DNA of 20,000 nucleotides from Patellaria atrata CBS 101060 (Eukaryota): NCBI GenBank assembly GCA_010093705.1, contig MU006112.1, positions 303,033 to 323,032 of the forward strand, read 5' to 3'. Shown piece by piece: positions 12,106 to 20,000 of this stretch (position 1 is its first letter; each line of letters starts with the position of its first letter). The notes under the pieces were generated by a model. It saw only the letters and a program-made list of their open reading frames with translations, ran no database searches and was not told where the DNA came from. The position numbers and the translations under genes were made by a program.

Positions 12106-15091
12106 TCAAAGCCATGCATCAGGAGGCGCCGTAAACATTGAGTAGTCGAAAATCCCCAGCTCCTCCTGCATCGAGGTCTTCGGTTTACGATAACTGTACC
12201 CTACAAAAGCACTCCTCTTACGCGCTCTCATCACCTCCGGTGCAAGGTTAGGGTCCCTCAGAATCTTATCTCTGGGCCGTTTCTTGTCCTTCCTTTTCTT
12301 GACTACAGCTGCATCGCCGGTTACGAGATCTGCTCCCTTAGCTGCTAAAATTGCGCCTAAAGCAGACTCCTCTTGAGCAGGGTCTATATTCTCTTTATCG
12401 TCTGAGGAACTTGACTCGCTGATCGCTGCGTCACCCATGATCTCATCTTCATCATCAAAGTATTTGGTGATGGATTGATTGTCCTTGACGCGCGGGACGA
12501 ATGGTGGCCGGAGGAGATGGAGTCTCTCCCAGTCGATCCCAGTGAAGAACGGATGAGCCTTGATGTCATCCGAATCATCTGGGTGGACGAATTTGGTGGA
12601 TGTCACCGACATGGCGTATCTCGTCGGACGTCCCTTTACAGCATGGTCGTTGTCTCGATAGTAGTTGGATGATAGACGTAGCTCCTTGTCTTGTATAAGG
12701 CAGGATATGAGATGAATGGCATCCTCCGATGCTGGCGGTAGAGGAATGTTTTCGGCTTGCGGTCGTGCAAATCTGACACCTTCCGGAAATGCCAACTGAT
12801 TATGATGGTACTAAAGTAACATGAGCTCACTCAGTTGCGTTTTTGTGATTTCTTAGAGCTTACGAGTATTCTTGCTTTTGTCTCAGCCCTGTTGGCGCAG
12901 TAAAACGGTGTTGATCCGTAAAAGCACTAGAATCCGTTTAGCAAGTGCGCATACAAACAACAGCCTGCCTCAAATGTCTCGTCACCACGGAGTGTCATCA
13001 AAAATACCTCGTAGAGGATTATACCAATGCTCCACCAATCACATCTCCCGTCATAGTGGTCTCCCTTAATCACTTCAGGGGCCATGTACTGGCTCGTCCC
13101 AACTACACTTCTGGCGAATTTTCTGTTTTGTGTACGGTTAAGCCAATTTAACACAGGATCCTTCGGTGCGTATAGATTGGTATGGCCAGGAACGTCTTTT
13201 TCAGTTGGCAGTCCCTCGTTGATTATATTGGCCAGAGCTCTCTGTCGCTCTTTGGTTTGGTCTTCGACAACATCTTGCTCATCGCCTAAGATCTTGATGC
13301 CGAACTTCTCCATAAGGGTGTACCGCTGATTGTTGAAATATGTTTGGTGATGGGACCAATGCCCGTCAAAGGCTAGTCCGAAATCAGAAATCTTGAGGTG
13401 GCCAGAGGAACTGATCAAGAAATTGTCTGGTTTGACATCGCGATGGATCCACCTCATTTTGTGAGTTTCTTCAAGACATAATACCATCTCCGCAACATAC
13501 CATTGGGCAACGTACTCCTCTAAAACTTCTTCTCTGAGCAGTAAACCGAGGAAATCACCGCCGACCATGTATTCCATGACGAGATACAGGTTTGTACTGT
13601 CTTGAAAGCTGCAGATGAGTGGGACTACCCAACGTGACTTTTCTGAGGCAGCTAAAAAATCTCGCTCCGCACGGAGATGACCTTCCTGACAATTCCGCAA
13701 CATCTCAGATTTTCGGATCACTTTCATAGCGAACATCTTTCCATTCAGCTTGGACAAATCTCTGGAGTGTGGTTCGACTTGATTTGTGGGAAGCCGTTCT
13801 GGAATCAGTTCAGCTGTGTGACAGGAGTCCGGCGTTGATATTGCTCGGACGAGTTTTACAACCCCAAAACTGCCTTTACCCAGGATTCGAATAACCTCAT
13901 ACCCAGCAATAGATACCCCCTTCTTCTTATGTCTAATTAAAGCCGTGCTTTGCATGACCCGTATCTCGCGTAGATATTCACTCTCCAGTTGGATCCACTT
14001 GCTAAGACCATCTTGATATTCACCATCGGTATAGGCTAGAAGACACATCGACCGCTCGAAATCGATGCGTCTTTGGGTACGAGGAAAGGGTCGTCTGGTA
14101 AGGGCCTTGTTGAAGTAAGTCTCGAAATAGATCTTAGCTGCAGCCGCGGTCTCTAGCGTCGTAATAGATGGATTCAATTCGGCGTTCAGATCCTGTTGGC
14201 TGAGAAACCAGTGAGTGGAAGGAAGGAGATCGTCATCACCTGGTCCAGAGCGTATAGGGGGGGATGGGGTCTTCGCACTCCCCAATCTAGCGACAGTAAC
14301 CTCTGACACTGAGGTGGGTGCAGTGGAAATCAAACTGCTTGTCGGTTGAGTACTAAGGTTGTTCCCGGAAGGCTCTGTAGAAGGTTGCGTGTTGTTTTCC
14401 ACTTGGTCAATACGATTCTCAGGATCCACATCATGACGTCGCCTACGTAAGATTGTAGCTTGCGATAGTGGCGAGAGCTTCAGATGCGGAAGTATCGGGA
14501 CAGACTTTGCTGGTCTGATACTGAGTCTTCGGTGGAGATGCTGACCCTGTCCACTTGGGAAGACTCGCTCTGACGGGCCATCAAATGTGATAGCTCTATC
14601 CGGAGAACATGGAGGTGTCAGGACATTTGCAGCAGATATTGAGTAGTCACTTGGGGGGCGACTGTTCTCGACTCCCGTTAGATAGTCACTGCGTTTTGGC
14701 GGTGAATTTGGTGGAGTTTCCACCAAGGGTGAAATGTTGGGGCTCGGACGGGGAGTTGGCGTCATATACGCAGTGTTCTCAATAGTTGATCGCCCTTTTT
14801 GTACACGTCAGCTCTTTATCTCTTAGTGTAAGAGGAAAATACGGGGAAGAACTTACCTCTTGCTATTCTTAAGATTGAAAGGATTTTTGCACTACCACGT
14901 CGTAACTTTGCCGCCGCTGATCCGTCTAAAAATACGAGTGGATCTTTGATAGGAGTCCCTAGAATCGGACTTTGAGGTATATCTGGACATATCATGGATG
15001 ATTTGGATCCAAGATGCACCTTTGGGTGATCTACCGTTGGGAATGCAGTGGAACTAGCGTTCTTTCTTTTCTTGTAGTTAATTATTGGCAT
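12106..15091 (-). CDS. AGC/NDR-family Ser/Thr protein kinase (Cbk1/COT-1-related; probably STK-21/PUK1 clade), ~929 aa
   Basis: Model complement(12106..12810,12864..12926,13008..14794,14857..15091) = 2790 nt. Introns 14795-14856, 12927-13007 and 12811-12863 are all GT-AG and phase-compatible. Motifs: NDR N-terminal regulatory region (AAAAKIYFETYF..ESEYLR), GKGSFG, AMKVIRK, HLRAERD, HRDVKPDN, DFG followed by the long NDR-type insert, VGTSQYMAPE, CDWWSIG, AGC tail (IKAHPFF, PPFVP, FVGYSY). Exon 1 and the start codon are less certain than the kinase core. Confidence 0.93.
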
Positions 15092-15429
15092 AATGATGTG
15101 CTCGGTTTTTGGAAAGGCTATTGATAGAAGCTATTCAGACAGTAATGCTGCTGATGGAGAGGAGATGTCTGGACCTAAGGAAAGGTGATGAAGAATTCGA
15201 GCAAAGCGAACGTTCCTGCCATTGCGTACCAGCAAGCAGCAATGACCCGAAGCAGAGGGATGTCATAAAAACAGTAGTTAGGAGTTAAAGCAGGAACATT
15301 CAGAAAAACTAGACTCCGGGGTCGTAAAAGGGAAGATGTAGAAGCCATCAATGAACTGGTTGTAGTAGCAGCATAGCAATTTGACCATAATGTCTAGTAT
15401 AATTCTGTTTCTCATAGACAATGCTCTGG

Positions 15430-15534
15430 TGTTGAAGTATGGGTCCCCTTGTTAGACTGACGATCTTGGTGGAAAGGATAATCAAGTATATCTCCTACTG
15501 CCTTACGCTAGTTATTAGCATCATTCCTTTAACA
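15430..15534 (+). mobile_element. Solo-LTR-like element (~105 bp)
   Basis: Begins TGTTGAAG and ends TTTAACA (Copia-like TG..CA inverted termini, one mismatch over 7 bp). Its first 17 bp are identical to the inverted element ending at 17515. No target-site duplication visible. Confidence 0.45.
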
Positions 15535-15555
15535 CAGCTGCCTAGTAGGTATCAA

Positions 15556-15750
15556 NNNNNNNNNNNNNNNNNNNNNNNNNNNNNNNNNNNNNNNNNNNNN
15601 NNNNNNNNNNNNNNNNNNNNNNNNNNNNNNNNNNNNNNNNNNNNNNNNNNNNNNNNNNNNNNNNNNNNNNNNNNNNNNNNNNNNNNNNNNNNNNNNNNNN
15701 NNNNNNNNNNNNNNNNNNNNNNNNNNNNNNNNNNNNNNNNNNNNNNNNNN
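15556..15750. other. Assembly gap (195 N)
   Basis: Run of N. CCTAGTAGGTAT occurs on both sides (15541-15552 and 15751-15762). Confidence 0.99.
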
Positions 15751-16112
15751 CCTAGTAGGTATAAACGCTGTAACCTGCATGTTCTCATGTATTTAAACGC
15801 TCTTTAGTACAGTCATTAAACAATCGAGCGATTATCTTGATCATTTTCAGCACCTTTACGTCTGACATCTGGGGTATTCTCGGTAAGGTTTGTTAGAGAT
15901 GAAATAGAAGGAATTCGTGATATATAGATCTTAGAGTATAGCATGACAATCGAAAATCATCCTCTTCAATAGCCCATTTTGGAACAGCACGGGAATTCTA
16001 GTAATTACTTCCGTATCGCTATTGAATATATCGGTAAGGGAGACGCATATAGCAAGCATTAATTAGTAGGTAAGCAGCAAAAATGAATTGGTGCAAAAAC
16101 TAAAATGGAAAT

Positions 16113-16203
16113 CTCTCCCTCGGGGAATCGAACCCCGGTCTCCCGCGCTTGTAAAGCCTACGGCCTTGACAAGCGGAAATCATGACCACTAGACCAAGGA
16201 AGA
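16113..16203 (-). tRNA. tRNA-Asp (GTC) with 19-nt intron
   Basis: Minus strand TCTTCCTTGGTCTAGTGGTCATGATTTCCGCTTGTCA[aggccgtaggctttacaag]CGCGGGAGACCGGGGTTCGATTCCCCGAGGGAGAG. Acceptor stem TCTTCCT/AGGGAGA, anticodon GTC at 16170-16168, intron 16148-16166 at the canonical 37/38 position, T-arm CGGGG-TTCGATT-CCCCG, mature length 72 nt. T5 Pol III terminator at 16099-16095. Confidence 0.95.
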
Positions 16204-17422
16204 ATATTGAAGACCCAGCCGTCTTTTACAAATTATATCTAATAGAATATAACCCATAAAAGACTTACTCATCAATCATATTTATCTACTAGCCTGCTAT
16301 AAGGGCTCGTTCACATGTAATCAAAGACAGAGTCAAAAAAATAACTAGTTCATTAGCTACGAAAGTGTCACGCAAAGAGTATTAAGATAGATCGCGAGGC
16401 ACGATCAGTCAAGTGGTTATAATCGTGCCAAGCCAGTAGCTGAGATCTTACCTAAACGAGGCCCGCACCGAGACGGGCACGTCACGCATGTTAAAGCAAT
16501 CCGGGTCAACCCAAAGGATGCGCGCTCTCTTTGCGCGGCATCGGATTTCAAATTTGGCAAGAGCTGGGCAACGGCGCAAGGAGACGGGAAGATTTTAAGA
16601 TACGGAGTAGATGCGGAAGCAAATCATTAGAGCCGAACCTTGCAACTCCACTCCCTCAGTACCCAATCGACCGTTCACCACCGAATGCGGCCCTTCTTTC
16701 CGCTCAGATAAAGTAAAAAGCTAAAACGGGAAAGTAGCAAGATATTTAGAACTAAGTTACTCCCAGAAGTTTATAGCATGTCTAAGGCCGAACTCTTCAG
16801 TGTTGTCCTCCTATAGAGGGAACAGGACAACTGGGAATAGTCGGAAACAATATGGATACACTTTACAAATTTGGTCTGGTTGGTGAAGACTTTTGAAAGC
16901 AATGAGCAAATTACGACAGATTCATTTGGTAAGTACCGCCTTTGACGCTTCATCTCCTGGTGAGGAATGTTCAATTACAATCTGAGGACTAACCCTATGG
17001 CGCTCCGACGCCAACCCACCTATGTTAGCTATCTCACACCTGCAATTGCTGTCCAAGTTCCACAGAATCCTTTGTGTACTTCTCAGAGTTTCAATACGAG
17101 GGACAATCATCGAAGTCAATTGCAGTGAAGTTGGGATGAGCACTGCATCGGATAATATTGTCTGAGGTCCATGGGCTCAAATTCTAGCTATGTTAAAGCC
17201 TAGACGTAAGGCTATAGTCATTAGCAGTTACTGGGGAACCAACATAATCTCCAAAGGTGAAGGATTCATAAATGGGTAATTGTGAGATTGTGGGTAACTG
17301 AATGCAGTCGCTTGATTTTTCTATCTATCCACTAAAGGAATTTCTAATATACTGAAGAGCTACCGAGAGTCGTTGAGATATCTGTTGAGATAGTGGAGTC
17401 AGTTGAGGACGAAAGAAATAAT

Positions 17423-17515
17423 TGTTGAAGAGAGACTTTTTCGTGCTCCATGCTACTCCGTGGCTGACATCTGATAGATAGTTGATAGATACACCAAAGG
17501 ACCCATACTTCAACA
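17423..17515 (-). mobile_element. Solo-LTR-like element (93 bp)
   Basis: Perfect 8-bp terminal inverted repeats TGTTGAAG...CTTCAACA. Shares TGTTGAAGTATGGGTCC with 15430-15446. A purine-rich AGGGGCAA lies immediately 5' on the minus strand. No TSD. Confidence 0.5.
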
Positions 17516-19363
17516 TTGCCCCTGGTCACTAGTAGCACCAATATTTCAACAGCTCCACCATCTAACAATACTTAACTTATAATTCGGAGCCGAACACTTA
17601 GTTCTGAAAATCTCCAACATAAGGCTATCGGAGATCAGCCGTCTGACAGTAATTAAAGCTTTGAATGAATAGTGTTTCTCTCGGTCTAACAATCTTTAGG
17701 TTGCTCCTTGTCTGAGCTAAGTAACGGCTGTACCGCTATACTTAATTTTCCAGAACTTTCTCATCCATATCAAAAATTTGGGTTAGAATCATGCTCTTCT
17801 TCGCTTGTCTGCCCATACTGATGCCAAACACGAATTATATCTATCCCATGATAAATGTGTGATACGGATGAACAAACTATATATACTGCCGTAACACTAG
17901 GACGAGCTGTACCAATTTTTTTTCGGTAACTGGTAGCTTGATTTAGGAGTCGCCTAGGCCTATACCTATTAATGCTACAATGTTGGGTAGGAGAACGGCG
18001 ATTCGGCGAAAGGTGCCTATTGCTTTTGGGAATGGGACTATCATGAATGAGTTGGAAGTCGTTCTAATAAGGGTACCTAGGAAATTCAACAAAACTAAGA
18101 TGAAGGCGGACTCTCCGAGCTTCAGGCAACAATCGTTTAAGGTACGACCGGTTTCTGTGAAATTATACCACTACGGCAAAAGGCCGACCCTAATGCCGAG
18201 TTTGGTAGTAAGGCTTATATCTGACAGTTTCTGGGCCTGGAGCGGCTAAATCCTCAACTCTATCACTAGTGAACCGATATCTAACACAATAGAATTGCCT
18301 GATACTACCTTCGAGGGTATGAATTCTTGATTCTTACATTTCTGAAAGCTGAATGGAAATTTCAAAACACGGTTGGTAACTTCTTGACATAATAGCCAAG
18401 CAATAAAGGCACCAGACCACGACAGACTTGACCTGTTAGATGGTGAGGCTCGCTACCGGGTAAATGGATGCTTACTGGTTCAAAACAGTGGTGAAAACAA
18501 TGGTATGGAACGGTAGCTTGAGACAGAGCGTCAAACCGTATTAAAACAGATCTCTGACGAGAGCACGGATCTGTGGTGTTTTATCTGTTCTCTTTCTGAC
18601 CCAGTATCATTGTCAACTGTTCAGTATATAGTCCATATCTCTCTCAGTAGTTGCAAATCAAGCGACAGATTCCATGCACCTGCAGATCCAGTTTATCTGA
18701 CATGACCAGATTCCATGGGATTAGGAAATTTTTGGTACAGAAAAATTGAATATCATTCTTTCGCCAATATGTGTTCTCAACTTACACACTCTTAGAATCT
18801 AAGCTCTATTCTCTGCTTCACACACAGAGTAATGTACAGTGCCTAAGCATTCAGAACCCCCTACCTAAGATTAAGTCGCCTCCTTTACTACACAGTATAA
18901 TCTATAATATTGCGTGGATGCAGTACCTCCTCCGAATCTTAGAACCGCTCTGTCTGTTTACATTAAATCATTTGAATTGCTTTTGCCATCTTTGAGCATC
19001 AAGCAGTTCCGGGTCTCGACCCCATGATGAAAACAGCTAACTTATTAAGAGAAAGAAATATTGGAATTCGAGATTGTGCAGGGGCCTTTTAAGTCAAAGA
19101 GCCCTTTATACACTTTCGCTGAATGCGTAATATCCTCATCCGATTCTATACGTTCTTTGTCTATCCGAATAGTTTAAATCTGATTCTATTGGCTTATAAA
19201 AGAATCGTGAATGAATCAAGAACTTTCATCTTAACCTTTGTAAAGAATCATTCGAGTATTAATTCCATTGAGGAAGCTTTTCGCTCTCGATCACTTCTAT
19301 CCTTATTGATTAATCTTCAAGTCATCTAACGCGACTTATCACTTATTGTCTCCTACCACAAAT

Positions 19364-19609
19364 ATGTTCAATAAATCAGAGATCCTGAAGAAATACTACG
19401 GCACCGATGATCGTCAAAAGGTGGCTAAAATAGCGTGCGAGGATTCAAAAGCTGCGTTTCGCTCAGATGCAGGGTGGTCCAAGTTAGTCCTACCATATAG
19501 TGTTCCTACGGATACACTTCCTGCACCATTACCTACTCCTGAAGATATTGAGAAAGTACGAAGCTCTGCAAACCTGACCCACGAGAGGGGCAGTGGGGTA
19601 TACCATATA
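19364..19609 (+). pseudogene. N-terminal fragment of an APH/choline-kinase-like phosphotransferase gene, interrupted by the Copia element
   Basis: ATG at 19364. LPYSVPTDTLPAPLPTPEDIE resembles the LPY..LPAPLPT..EI N-terminal signature I recall from fungal APH-like proteins. The frame runs into the LTR and stops at 19621, before any catalytic motif. Confidence 0.6.
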
Positions 19610-20000
19610 TATCGCACCTGACTAAGCACTTAGTCGGGTATATATGCTGTCCTCCTTCAGTCTCCTCTGGATCAGACACTTCAATCTACATTTTCTTCAC
19701 TTTACATGCCATTACCACCTTACAGTTATGAGCCCGGCATAATCCGCACCTTACCAAAATCATTTCTTGTTCAACTATCTATCAATTATCTTCATCAACT
19801 TACCTACTATCTTCTGTTTCCACCATGCCTACCCATTCCAAGATGATCTCAGAAGAAGTCACTCTTCATAGCATGAATGACTGGCTTCCCTGGATCTTTA
19901 TGATCAAAAGCATGGCCGAGTCTTACAGCCTTTGGGATCTCATTGACCCAGAGAAGACTTGTGAACCACTACAGGAACCAATTATACCTATCAGACGTGC
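19610..20000 (+). mobile_element. 5' end of a Ty1/Copia LTR retrotransposon (5' LTR ~19610-19724, PBS 19725-19735, gag from 19825)
   Basis: The putative LTR ends ..CCTTACA and is followed directly by GTTATGAGCCC, matching the Copia (G)GTTATG(A/G)GCCC internal tRNA-iMet primer-binding site. It contains a GACTAAG-CA-CTTAGTC hairpin and a TATATA box. A pyrimidine-rich leader and a gag-like ORF follow. The left boundary (TATCGC, possibly mutated TGTCGC) is approximate. Confidence 0.8.
19825..20000 (+). CDS. gag: Copia-type Gag/polyprotein N-terminus (partial, runs off window)
   Basis: CACCATG start. MPTHSKMISEEVTLHSMNDWLPWIFMIKSMAESYSLWDLIDPEK.. fits the fungal Copia Gag pattern L-x4-DW-xx-W-xxx-IK-xx-A-x4-LW-xx-IDP. 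No stop before the window end. Confidence 0.75.
   Translation, partial: MPTHSKMISEEVTLHSMNDWLPWIFMIKSMAESYSLWDLIDPEKTCEPLQEPIIPIRR

Noticed and set aside
1..15091. Adenylate cyclase, RecQ, secreted protein and NDR kinase as one functional cluster
   Set aside because: Nothing in the sequence shows co-regulation. Adjacency of unrelated genes is normal in fungal genomes, and synteny data would be required.
15439..15807. ORFs spanning the N-run
   Set aside because: Artefacts of translating N as X.
15891..15971. Another possible solo LTR (TGTTAGAG...CTTCAATA)
   Set aside because: Termini are imperfect, there is no TSD and no internal similarity to the other units; could be chance.
17600..17700. 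Minus-strand ISDSLM as a decayed Copia RNase H ADGLTK motif
   Set aside because: Needs several substitutions, and the expected upstream KHID motif is not recognisable.
18540..18720. Scattered CAGAT(C/T) motifs and two CAGATTCCATG copies
   Set aside because: Too short and irregular to define an array. There is no CRISPR-like repeat-spacer structure, and the DNA is eukaryotic.

Overview
Filamentous ascomycete (Pezizomycotina) genomic DNA with GT-AG introns and CTRAC-type branch points. From left to right it holds: (1) a 4-exon adenylate cyclase gene (CYR1/cyaA/cr-1 type, minus strand, 6685 to beyond base 1), whose 5.3-kb main exon is missing from the ORF track because its frame runs off the window without a stop; (2) a 5'-truncated RecQ-family helicase lacking its first RecA domain, probably a pseudogene; (3) an intronless 113-aa secreted protein with 8 cysteines (candidate effector or toxin); (4) a 4-exon NDR/AGC kinase resembling the STK-21/PUK1 clade, with the DWW motif encoded as TGG TGG; (5) an AT-rich region with a 195-N assembly gap, an intron-containing tRNA-Asp(GTC) and two inverted solo-LTR-like elements; (6) the 5' end of a Ty1/Copia retrotransposon (LTR, PBS, gag) that appears to have interrupted an APH/choline-kinase-like gene. 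I see no convincing multi-gene novel system. The best leads are the orphan secreted protein, the headless RecQ and the RNA-editing link of the kinase.
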